Positions 1 to 9,646 of a DNA stretch of 33,667 nt are shown piece after piece. Source of the stretch: Octopus sinensis. Taxonomy: Eukaryota. The notes beneath the pieces were generated by a model, which was not told the DNA's origin, made no database searches, and worked only from the letters and a program-made list of their open reading frames with translations. Position numbers and translations under genes: made by a program. Where the stretch lies: positions 1-33,667 of the forward strand of contig NW_021832056.1 in assembly GCF_006345805.1 (NCBI RefSeq). Reading direction: 5' to 3'. Numbering within the stretch: the stretch's first letter is position 1; every line of letters begins with the position of its first letter.

Positions 1-66
1 AATGGTAACACCTAGCATCATAATTTTCAGATGTCTATAAAACCGTCAAATACTTGTATATATTTA

Positions 67-103
67 TGTTCTTTTATTATTATTATTATTTTATTATTAT
101 TAT

Positions 104-168
<65 letters not shown>

Positions 169-205
169 TTGTTGCTATTATTATTATTATTATTATCATT
201 ATTAG
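67..205. repeat. Compound (ATT)n-(AGT)n microsatellite inside the Tc1 relic
   Basis: Direct reading. Confidence 0.95.
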
Positions 206-283
206 TGTTGTTTAATACGTTTTACTAAAATTGCTGTTTCTTTTCAGATATCATCAGGAAAAAGGTAATTAAAATTCATTAAA

Positions 284-606
284 ATGACAGACCTATCGGA
301 TTTTCAAAAAATTCAAATTGTTGGTGCACCAATTCACACGGCTACAGCTGTTACTGAATGGCACGAAGAACAGTCTAGTGAAGTTGAACATATTATCTGA
401 CCCCCCACAGTCCCCAGATCTCAATATTATTGAACATTTATGGTGCATTTTAGAAAAACAAATAAGGAACCGATATCCTCCACCATCATCACTACAAGAA
501 CTGGAGACTGTTTTAGCTGAAGAATGGACAAAAATTCCTTTGGAAACAACTCAAACTTTGTACGAGTTCATACCTTGTAGAATTCAAGCTGTAATTAGTG
601 CCAAAT
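284..606 (+). pseudogene. Tc1-like DD34E transposase relic (N-terminus fused to C-terminus; stop plus frameshift)
   Basis: 284 reads MTDLSDFQKIQIVGA-PIHTATAVTEWHEEQSSEVEHII*, then after a +1 shift PPQSPDLNIIEHLW...LQEL...EEWTKIP...RIQAVISAK. These match the Tc1 motifs NAPxHT, WPxQSPDLNPIEHLW and AVIxAKG. Confidence 0.9.
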
Positions 607-684
607 TGCTTGAATAATTTTTAAGGTGTTTCCATTATTTTTTTCCAACTCTTGTATATATATATATATATATATATATAATGT

Positions 685-953
685 ATGTGATCACCGTGAC
701 CGACCAGGCTATCAGATGTTGCTACACACCGCTGGTCACAATGCGAGCTAAACGAGCAGGCCAACAGAAGAAAGAGTGAGAGAAAGTCGTGGCGAAAGAG
801 TACAGCAGGGATCGCTACCATCCCCTGCCGGAGCGTCGTGGAGCTTTAGGTGGTTTCGCTCAATAAACTCTCACAACGACCGGTCTGGGAATCGAAACCT
901 CGATCCTACTACCACGAGTCCGCTGCCCTAACCACTGGGCCATTGCGTCTCCA
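685..953 (-). mobile_element. tRNA-derived SINE family A with tail 1
   Basis: The reverse complement starts tggagacgcaatggcccagtggttagggcagcggactcg...ggtttcgattcccagaccg (A/B-box-like). Matches the copies at 10932 and 28706; small deletion in the tail. Confidence 0.9.
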
Positions 954-1008
954 CATATAATGTATGTATACGTATATATATACAATCTATGTATACACGT
1001 ATATTTAT

Positions 1009-1022
1009 ATAGATAGACAGAC

Positions 1023-1089
<67 letters not shown>

Positions 1090-1130
1090 CAGATAGATAG
1101 ATAGATAGACAGAGTTAGATAGATAGACAG

Positions 1131-1179
<49 letters not shown>

Positions 1180-1218
1180 CATAGATAGATAGATAGACAG
1201 ACAGATAGATAGCTAGAT

Positions 1219-1275
<57 letters not shown>

Positions 1276-1321
1276 CAGATAGATAGATAGATAGACAGAG
1301 TTAGATAGATAGATAGATAGA
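1009..1321. repeat. (GATA)n microsatellite with an internal higher-order duplication
   Basis: The variant acagagttag recurs at 1109 and 1295 (186 bp apart). Confidence 0.95.
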
Positions 1322-2542
1322 TATGTTTCTTTATTAGCCACACAGGGCTGCACACAGATAGAACAAATTACAAGGTAGAGCTTTTCTTTTGAAGGTTAAA
1401 AAAAAAAAAGGAAGGGGGAGTTTCGATCAAAAGGGATCGTAAAAGGAGAGAAAGAGGACAAAAAAAGGGGGGTTAAAAAAAAGGGGGAGAGGAAGAAAAA
1501 AAAGAAAAAAAAATTGATCAATAGGGATCGTTATCACAGAAATGTCAATATGAAGTGTAAAGGGGAGGACAGGTGAGGTTTACCCGTGGAAAGAAAAGCC
1601 TACGGAAAAGACCACGGTAACCTCGGTCAATGGAGTCACATGTTATATTTCTTTTTTTTTTTTTGCAAATAAGCAACTCTCTGTTTTCAATTTCTGGGTT
1701 CATAGGATCATGCTCAAGGTGGCTTCGTCATTCATACGTGCCATTCTTGCTACATTCACCCATCTTTTTTTTTAAACATTCGCTAGACAAAACTTGCCTC
1801 TCTACTCTCACTTTCCTTTCAAGTGGTACTTGAAGAAGTTGGATGAGAGATTGACCAGAGAGGAAAGTGTTTGTCTCCAATCCTTTCAGACGCGTCCACC
1901 AGATACATTCTTTCGCCATAGCCACAAGGATGATGAAAATAGCTCTTCCTTCCCGTTTGAAGGAGGAGGCGTGACAATATTAACGATAGACTCGCTGATA
2001 AACCGACTCGTCCCACACGTGACAGCAGTTGTTCGACATAAGCCCACAGGTCGGAAATTGTTGGACACTGCACGAGTGCGTGCAGAACGGTTTCGTCGCT
2101 CTGACCGCATCTCGGGCAGGTCGGCCCCGTGTTTCTCGAGCCGTGTCTGTAGAGCTTATCCCGAACGGGTAGCGCTTCTCGGTAGCACTGCCAGGCCAGG
2201 GATCTCTGGAAGTTGTCCATGGGCCCTGGCCCGAAAGTCGTCCTGAACAGGCGGGTCAGGTATTCCTCGTCGACGTCCAGGTTCGCCCCGAGCTCGTCGT
2301 CGTACCTCCCCTCCACTAAACCCCTATAGAATGCTTTGGTTGTGTTGAAGTCACTCAAGGTCGACCCAGGACGGCAGAGTTGCTTGAGAGCAACGCGACA
2401 CTCGCGGTGCCATTCGCCCTTCTTCGGCCTCTTTTTGATCCACGACTGCAGTTCGGTCATGGAGACGAGCTGCGGGAAAGCGTGCCTCACAAACGGCGAC
2501 CACACCTGTTCACCGTCGTCTACATAGAGCCAGAGATGTCGC
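1322..2542 (-). mobile_element. 5'-truncated L1/Tx1-clade non-LTR retrotransposon (ORF2 C-terminus plus 3' UTR)
   Basis: ORF 1819-2505(-) has LAWQCYREALPVRDKL...CPRCGQSDETVLHALVQCP (zf-RVT-like CCHC). It continues through frameshifts (AMAKECIWWTR) to a TGA at 1700-1702. The pyrimidine-rich 3' UTR ends ...gctaataaagaaaca. (GATA)n on both sides. Confidence 0.9.
1700..2542 (-). pseudogene. LINE ORF2 C-terminal fragment (zinc-binding region), frameshifted
   Basis: Frame RHLWLYVDDGEQVWSPFVR...CPRC...H...C; the homology continues in ORFs 1886-2110(-) and 1728-1925(-). Confidence 0.85.
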
Positions 2543-2634
<92 letters not shown>

Positions 2635-2660
2635 TAGATAGATAGATAGATTAGATAGAT
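2543..2660. repeat. (GATA)n microsatellite at the 5' truncation point of the LINE
   Basis: Direct reading. Confidence 0.95.
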
Positions 2661-3065
2661 TTAAAGCAGCGAGATTTCGGTCAGTTTATATAATAGCTAT
2701 TGCAAATGCCGATGTAATCGTCATTCATAGCGGTGATGATAAGGATGATGATGAGGATGCTGCTGCTTCTGCTGCCGGTGGTGGTGGTGGTGGTGGTGGT
2801 GGTGGTGGTGTGTGCCGACATAGCCTTCGGTCTGCTCAAAATAACCAGACCAATGATTGAAAACGTTCCGACTGTGTCCAACTTATTGGTTTCGGACTGC
2901 ACTGTCTAATATGTTCCTTATTTAGAACGGTAAGGTATGATTTGAGTAAAATTTGGTTGCTACTTCTGGGAATTCCAGTGACCACAAAGTGCTTTAATCT
3001 TAGAATTAAATGGGATTTGATTTACTGTCTGTTGCCTTTTGGCCAGCCCTGTAAATATAAATATA

Positions 3066-3388
3066 TACGAGCAAAACGCCCCCTCCAATGGACGGTGCTG
3101 AGTTGTCAAACATTTAAACCAAATTTTCTCAAAACTTGTCCGTCGGCCCATAGGCCTCCCCTTTGAGAAACACTGATTTAACCTAAATTTGAGACACCAG
3201 CAAAAGAAGAAATATTCCAAAGGAAAACGATTTCCTACGGCTTTATCGATCGCATTCTCACCTGGAATCGATTTTTGTAATTTTTTTCAAGACTTATACA
3301 CGCCCTGATACCGTCGGTATCTACATATCAAATTGCCCGAGATCCTAGAAGCCACACACACAGACAGAACGGATTTTATATAAGAGAT
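3066..3388 (+). mobile_element. Possible non-autonomous Helitron-like (HINE/Lep1-style) relic
   Basis: Ends cacacacacagacagaacggattttatataagagat, resembling the microsatellite+ttttatat..agat 3' ends of such elements. Resemblance only. Confidence 0.25.
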
Positions 3389-3403
3389 AGGAAGGAAAGG
3401 AAG

Positions 3404-3757
3404 CACTCCGTCGGTTACGACGACGAGGTTGATCCGATCAACGAAACAGCCTGCTCATGAAATTAACGTGTAAGTGGCTGAGCACTCCACAGACACGTGT
3501 ACCCTTAACGTGTCTGAGGATATTCAGCGTGACACAGAGAGTGACAAGGCCGGCCCCTTGAAATACAGGTACAACAGAAACAGGAAGTAAGAGTGAGAGA
3601 AAGTTGTGGTGAAAGAGTACAGCAGGGATCACCACCATCCCCTGCCGGAGCCTCGTGGGGCTTTTAGGTGTTTTCGCTCAATAAACACTCACAACGCGAA
3701 ACCGCGATCCTACGACCGCGAATCCGCTGCCCTAACCACTGGGCCATTGCGCCTCCA
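3404..3757 (-). mobile_element. SINE A with tail 2
   Basis: A head at 3757 and tail ...gtcgtcgtaaccgacggagtg. 10-bp TSD ataagagata at 3380-3389 and 3759-3768, with a (GGAA)-like tail in between. Confidence 0.9.
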
Positions 3758-3916
3758 CATAAGAGATAACATACTAAATGAATAAATATTCGAAAATATT
3801 TATATAGATATTATTACTCATTATTATCATTAATAAAATGAATAATAACAACAATAATATAGATGTTCAACAAGCAAAAGCCGATAAATGGCAAATCCAA
3901 ATTTTTGTAAATAATT

Positions 3917-4019
3917 TATAATTATAATAGGGCACATGCGATGCCAGCATTGTTATGAAAATCAGTGACTCTGATTTTCACAACAGTGTCAGCACCACGA
4001 GTGCCCTATTATAATTATA
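3917..4019. repeat. 103-bp imperfect palindrome (49-bp arms, 5-nt loop); possible small MITE
   Basis: tataattataatagggcac...gaaaatcag-tgact-ctgattttc...gtgccctattataattata. Confidence 0.85.
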
Positions 4020-4041
4020 TAGATATGTGTATATATGAAAC

Positions 4042-4404
4042 GTGTCAACTTGGTAAAGTGTCTTCTACTATAGCCACGGGCCGACCAAGGCCTTGTGAGT
4101 GGATTTAGTCGACGGAAACTGAAAGAAGCCCGTCGTATATATATATATGTGTTTGTGTGTGTGTGTGTGTGTCTTTGTGGCAATTTGTCTCCACCACCAT
4201 CGTTTGACAACCGATGTTGGTGTGTTTTATGTTTAATATTATGTTTAATATTAGCAATTCGGCAAAAGAGACCGATAAAATAAGTATTATTAGGCTTGCG
4301 AAGAATAAGTCCTGAAGTCGATTTCTTCCACTAAAATACCTTTTAAGGTGGTGCTCCAGCATGACCGTAGTTAAATGACTAAAACAAGTAGAAGAATAAA
4401 AGAA
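4042..4404 (+). mobile_element. SINE family C, 5'-truncated, with internal (TA)n(TG)n
   Basis: aagtgtcttctactatagcc...ggaaactgaaagaagcccgtcg-(microsatellite)-...gtgctccagcatg...aaacaagtagaagaataaaaga; same as the copy at 6314. Confidence 0.9.
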
Positions 4405-4432
4405 TATGTATGTATATATATGTATATATATG

Positions 4433-4466
<34 letters not shown>

Positions 4467-4492
4467 CGTGTGTGTGTGTGTGTGTGTATGTG

Positions 4493-4523
<31 letters not shown>

Positions 4524-4540
4524 TGTGTGTGTGTGTGTGT
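4405..4540. repeat. (TA)n/(TG)n microsatellite
   Basis: Direct reading. Confidence 0.95.
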
Positions 4541-4709
4541 AGGAACAATGGCCCAGTGGTTAGGGCAGCGGACTCGCGGTCGGAGAATCGCGGTTTCGAT
4601 TCCCAGACCGGGCGTTGTGAGTGTTTATTGTGCGAAAGCACCTAAAAGCTCCAACGCTACAGAAACCGGGAAACCAGGCCCATAAGCCTGGCTAGGCTTG
4701 AAAAGGGCG
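4541..4709 (+). mobile_element. SINE A head joined directly to the end of tail 3 (internal deletion)
   Basis: A head to about 4654, then gaaaccgggaaaccaggcccataagcctggctaggcttgaaaagggcg, the reverse complement of the tail at 26073-26120. Confidence 0.8.
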
Positions 4710-5042
4710 ACGTTTATCGTTTATATATATATATATATATATATACATACATTCCCACACACAGACAACCATACATATAAACATACGCAGATAAACTATT
4801 GGAACTTTAAAAGCGTCGTACTGACATAAATCAGGGGTACAGGGGTTAGTAAGACGATGTCATATCTATTTCGTACAAGTGATAATTATTGTATATTCTA
4901 GTGATAAATATGTTTGAAAAGTCTCGAGTTGGAGACTGATACGAAGAAGATAATGTTTGGTTTTCAAGATATGAAATAAATAGGATATTAACGAGTTATA
5001 CAGGAAGTACATGTGATGGATGATAGGATTATTTCTAAAATA

Positions 5043-5837
5043 AAGGCGGCGAGTTGGCAGAAACGTTAGCACGCCGGGCGAAATGCTTAGCAGTATTTCG
5101 TCTGCCGTTACGTCCTGAGTTCAAATTCCACCGTGGTCGACTTTGCCTTTCATTCTTTCGGGGTCTATAAATTAAGTACCAGTTACGCACTGAGGTCGAT
5201 ATAATCGACTTAATACGTTTGTCTGTCCTTGTTTGTCCCCTCTGTGTTTAGCCCCTTGTGGGTAGTAAAGAAATAAGTATTTCCTTTGCCGTTGCGTTCC
5301 GAGTTCAAATTCCGCCGAGGTCGACTTTGCCTTTCATCCTTTCTGGGTCGATTAAATAAGTACCAGTTACACACTGGGGTCGATATAATCGACTTAATAC
5401 GTTTGTCTGTCCTTGTTTGTCCTCTCTGTGTTTAGCCCCTTGTGGGCAGTAAAGAAATAGAAATTTCGTTTGTATTTACGTTCTGAGTTCAAATTCCGCC
5501 GAGGTCGACTTTGCCTTTCATTCTTTCGGGGTCTATAAATTAAGTACCAATTACGCACTGGGGTCGATATAATCGACTTAATCCATTTGTCTGTCCTTGC
5601 TTGTCCTCTCTCTGTTTAGCCCCTTGTGGGCAGTAAAGAAATAGAAATAGGTATTTCGTCTGTCTTTACGTTCTGAGTTCAAATTCCGCCGAGGTCGACT
5701 TTGCCTTTCATTCTTTCGGGGTCTATAAATTAAGTACCACTTACGCACTGGGGTCGATATAATCGACTTAATCTGTTTGTCTGTCCTTGCTTGTCATCTC
5801 TGTGTTTAGCCCTTTGTGGGCAATGAAGAAATAATAA
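5043..5837 (+). mobile_element. SINE family D tetramer: one head plus 4 body units of ~184-190 bp
   Basis: Head aggcggcgagttggcagaaacgttagcacgccgggcgaaatgcttagc. Units start near 5093, 5277, 5461 and 5651, each carrying gagttcaaattcc and ending gtaaagaaata. Confidence 0.93.
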
Positions 5838-6020
5838 CATAAGGGGGATCAGCCATCTGAATGTGGCTAGGGTCAGGGCGGGGTGGTGGGGGTGTTACTG
5901 ATGCATTTAGCCCCAGGCGAACATCAACGTCACCAGAAGAGCTGACACCATCTCGGTGTCCTTGCCAGCCTGCAAAGGGAGATCAGCCTCCCCGAAGATA
6001 CGGATAATTATTTCTAAAAT

Positions 6021-6130
6021 AGGCGAACTGCCGGAATGTTTAAAGCATTTGATTGAATACTGTGTGGTATGTGTTCTAACACTCAATGATCTGAGTTCGA
6101 ATCTATCGATGCCAATTTTGCATTTCATCC
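6021..6130 (+). mobile_element. Old, diverged SINE D 5' fragment
   Basis: aggcgaactgccggaatg...ctgagttcgaatc...ttttgcatttcatcc aligns to the D head and body. Confidence 0.6.
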
Positions 6131-6313
6131 AAAAGAATGAAAAATCTTTATACTTTTAAACTATATGTTCTGTGATTCTCAACAATTTTTTGCCAATGGA
6201 CCCTTTTGGTTCTACACTACTGGGCCTCCTTAGCCATTTGATATATTTAAAAAATCTTACTATATTTTTATAATTTAATATTATTAGGAATTATATAAAA
6301 AAATTTTGAGTAG

Positions 6314-6474
6314 GTGTAGGAGTGGCTGTGTGGTAAGTAGCTTGCTTACGAACCACATGGTTTCAGGTTCAGTCCCACTGTGTGCCACCTTGGGCAAGTG
6401 TCTTCTACTATAACCTCGGGCCGACCAAAGCCTAGTGAGTGGATTTGGTAGACGGAAACTGAAAGAAGCCCGTC

Positions 6475-6524
<50 letters not shown>

Positions 6525-6720
6525 GTGTGTGTGTATTTGTGTCTGTGTCTGTCCCCCCAACATCGCTTGACAACCGAGGCTGGTGTGCTCACGTTACCGT
6601 AACTTAGCAATAGAATAAGTACTCGGCTTACAAAGAATAAGTATTGGGGTCGATTTGCTCGACTAAAAGGTGGTGCTCTAGCATGGCCACAGTCAAATGA
6701 CTGAAACAAGTGAAAGAGTA
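6314..6720 (+). mobile_element. Full-length SINE C with internal (TA)n(TG)n
   Basis: Head gtaggagtggctgtgtggtaag...ggttcagtcccact, CORE-like accttgggcaagtgtc, internal microsatellite, and tail ...gaaacaagtgaaagag. Confidence 0.92.
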
Positions 6721-6731
6721 TCGTAGACCTA

Positions 6732-6935
6732 CAGTAATCCTTCGCCATATCTCGGTTCACCTATCGCGCACTCAGTACATCGCGGATTTTTCTGGCTAAT
6801 ATATGTAAATTATATCGCGGATTTTCAGTATATCGCGGGTTTCTACGGCCGATAGGTATTTATATTTTTTTAGATTTTGATTATGTCTGAGGGAGGTTTT
6901 ACAACGTAACACCCACAATAGTCGAGGGATTACTG
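6732..6935. mobile_element. pogo/Tigger-like MITE (204 bp)
   Basis: TA|cagtaatccttcg ... cgagggattactg|TA: 13-bp TIR (12/13), TA TSD, repeated internal atcgcgg motifs. Confidence 0.85.
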
Positions 6936-7099
6936 TAATTGCAATATATTGTACATAAATTTTAACAACAAAAATGTACATGGACCACGTTTGTGAACCA
7001 CTGCATATATTGATGATTTATTAACATATTTTCCCATAGAAGATGAATAGAAGCATGTCCGATATTAATAGTTAAAGTAAAAAAATATCAATTTTTTCG

Positions 7100-7265
7100 A
7101 ATTTAGGCACAAGGTCTGAAACTTTCGGAGGGAGGAAGTTAATCGATTATATCGACCCCTGTGTTCAACTGGTTCTTATTTCATCGGCCCCGAAAGGATG
7201 AAAGGCAAAGTGGAATTTGAACTCAGAACGTAAAAACGGATGAAATACTACTAAACATTTTGCTC
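7100..7265 (-). mobile_element. Old SINE D (tail D2) interrupted in its head
   Basis: aggcacaaggtctgaaacttt...ggatgaaaggcaaagt...gaactcagaacg...ctaaacattttgct; the head seems to resume after 7456 (aacgtt). Confidence 0.7.
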
Positions 7266-7277
7266 TCTTGATTTTTA

Positions 7278-7444
7278 CCTATTTCTTTACTACCCACAAG
7301 GGGCTACACACAGAGGGGACAAACAAGGACAGACGAACTGATTAAGTCGATTACACCGACCCCAGTGCGTAACTGGTGCTTAATTTATCGACCCTGAAAG
7401 GATGAAAGGCAAAGTCGACCTCGGCGGAATTTGAACTCAGAATT
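7278..7444 (-). mobile_element. 5'-truncated SINE D (tail D1) with 12-bp TSD
   Basis: TSD tcttgattttta at 7266-7277 and 7445-7456. Confidence 0.88.
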
Positions 7445-7609
7445 TCTTGATTTTTAACGTTCGTAAAATCTGTCCATAGGATGAGAGCTCAGACTTTCAG
7501 TTTACCATGCTTTTTCTCAATACATTCTTTGCAATCTCCCCACTCTCTTCTCTCACGTTCAGTTCTTTGTGTATTACCTTCCGTTCTTATTATTTTCAGA
7601 ACGTAAAGC

Positions 7610-7722
7610 CATTTCTCCTGGCTTTACGTTCTGAGTTCAAATTCTGCTGAGGTCGGCTTTGTCTTTCATCCTTTCACTGGAGGTCGAGATTATCGACTAG
7701 CCCCTCCCACCAAATTTCAAGG
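7610..7722 (+). mobile_element. Partial SINE D (tail D2), internally deleted
   Basis: acgttctgagttcaaattctgctgaggtcggctttgtctttcatcctttc...tatcgactagcccctcccaccaaatttc. Confidence 0.7.
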
Positions 7723-7744
7723 AATTATGTTATAATGCTTCTTT

Positions 7745-8052
7745 ATCATTGTCTCTCTTTCGCTTCTCACTCTCTCTCTCTTTCCTTCTCTCTCTCTCCT
7801 TCTCTCTCTCTCCTTCTCTCTCTCTCCTTCTCTCTCTCTCTGTCCCTCTCTCTGTGTTCCATTTTCTGTCCTTCTCTCTGTCTTTCTCTTTCCCTGTCTC
7901 TCTGCCTTCCCTCCCACCCCCTCTCCCTTTTCTGCCCTCTCTCTCCCTCTCTCTATCTGCCTTCCTTTTTCTCTCTCTCTCACTCTCTCTCTCTCTTTCT
8001 CTCTCATTTCTATTATTCTCTTCCATTCATTGAACCTTCGTTTTAACTCTAT

Positions 8053-8084
<32 letters not shown>

Positions 8085-8490
8085 CTTCTCACTCACTCAC
8101 TTACTCGCACACTCTCTCACAATCTCTCTTTCTATCGGTTTGTCTATATCTATATCTGTCTAACTATGTCTGTCTCTTTCCTTGACTCTCTCTCTCTCTC
8201 TCTTCTCTTCTTGCCTCTCTTCGGTTATCTTTCTCTCATTGTCAGTTTCTCCTTTTTCCCCTCTCTCTCATTCTTACTGTCTATCTATCTATATCTATCT
8301 ACCTCTTTCCTTGTCTCTCTTCTTGTCTTTCACTCTTTATCTTACACTTTTAATCTCTTTTTTGCTGTCTCTCTATCACACTCATTTCTCTGTCTCTGTC
8401 TCTCTGTTTTTCTCTTTCTCTCTCTCTCTCTCACTCTCTCTCTCTCTCTCTCTCTCTCCCTGTCTCTCTTTGTCTCCCTTTCTCTATTTC
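7745..8490. repeat. Long degenerate (CT)n polypyrimidine tract
   Basis: Direct reading; source of the SL-rich and ER-rich ORFs. Confidence 0.95.
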
Positions 8491-9117
8491 TTTTATCTCT
8501 TAAACACTCACTTTCCTCATGGAGAATGTCTAAAACTGACCTCATACGAGGAATAATAAACTAAAAAAGGAAATTAAAGATAAACCTGTCTGTCTGTTTG
8601 TCCGTATTTTTATTTGTCTGTCTGTCTGTTTGTCCGTCTGTCTGTCTCTCCATTTATCTTGTATATTTATCTACCAATTCAAGAAAGACAGAAAAAAAGA
8701 ATCAAACAAAATAAATGGCAAATAAACAATGAAAATTCATATAAAAACTTTTACAACCAGTAAACTATGAAATACTTTGGGATAAATGAAAATCTTTAGA
8801 TATAAAATTTATTGCTTTGTTGTCAACAGATATCTGCACGTTTGGTGTTCCATAAAATGTAATTGATGATCGTTTGTCTTACATTTTAGGTGATTGGTGT
8901 TTGCCATTCTCCCACGTACTTAAGTAGTCGTAGGTTAGCGTAGATAACCGAACGGATGGGGTATTGGGCAACTGGCTATGACGTCGATAGTAAATTTTGT
9001 TCAGGGAGAGCTGGCGACAGTGGGGGTGGTGACTGTAGGGGAAGGCTGGCGACAAGGGGTTAGTTGTGATAACGGTGACAGTTGGCAGCCAGGCCAGTCT
9101 TGATTGATTACTTAGGT

Positions 9118-9190
9118 CAGTGGTTCCCAACCTAGGGTCCACGGACCCCTGGTGGACTGCAAAGTTAGTACCGCGAGTCCGTGAGCTAAA
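9118..9190 (+). mobile_element. hAT (Charlie-like) MITE left end; right end not confidently found
   Basis: cagtggttcccaacctagggtccacggacccctgg is a typical Charlie-type terminus. Confidence 0.6.
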
Positions 9191-9205
9191 TTCAAAATTT
9201 TATAA

Positions 9206-9208
<3 letters not shown>

Positions 9209-9239
<31 letters not shown>

Positions 9240-9271
9240 TGTGTGTGTGTGTGTTTGTGTGTGTGTGGTGT

Positions 9272-9303
<32 letters not shown>

Positions 9304-9345
9304 TGTGTGTATGTGTGTGTGTGTGTGTGTGTGTTGTGTGTGTGT
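9209..9345. repeat. (GT)n microsatellite
   Basis: Direct reading. Confidence 0.95.
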
Positions 9346-9612
9346 ATGAAAGAAGGTTTGAAAATGTAATTATAAAGATATTTATTCACTTGACCGGTTT
9401 CACTTTTTTAGAAAAAGATTGTCAAAAGTTAAAATGTAAATCTTTGTATAAGCTCTGTTGTGTTAAGTACTGGTTATCGCAAAAGTATTACATATATACA
9501 TTCTTTGATAATAACAAGAAAATGTTAAAACATTTTACAAGAAAGTATTTAAGAAAGTAATCAGAACGGGACTCCAAAAAGTAAAGTTCAAAAAATCATG
9601 TTTGTTTGGTAG

Positions 9613-9646
<34 letters not shown>

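Larger units (their letters stand above)
1..654 (+). mobile_element. Internally deleted Tc1/mariner element; window starts inside the left TIR
   Basis: 1-13 aatggtaacacct matches the reverse complement of 624-636 aggtgtttccatt. The right TIR 624-654 ends ...ccaactcttg and is followed by TA. Transposase relic inside. Confidence 0.8.
6170..7003 (+). mobile_element. hAT (Charlie-like) MITE hosting nested insertions
   Basis: Left end ctgtgattctcaac...atggaccc; right end ggaccacgtttgtgaaccactg (reverse complement cagtggttcacaaac). Flanking 8-mers tatatgtt and catatatt match 6/8. Confidence 0.55.

Noticed and set aside
1794-2246. 150-aa plus-strand ORF
   Set aside because: Antisense shadow of the GC-rich LINE ORF2 fragment.
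5043-5837. Regularly spaced repeats resembling a CRISPR array (also 17471-23691 and 26495-27237)
   Set aside because: The whole ~184-bp unit repeats with no unique spacers, the units are SINE bodies, there are no cas genes, and the DNA is eukaryotic.
7717-8564. ER-rich and SL-rich ORFs
   Set aside because: (CT)n/(GA)n translations.
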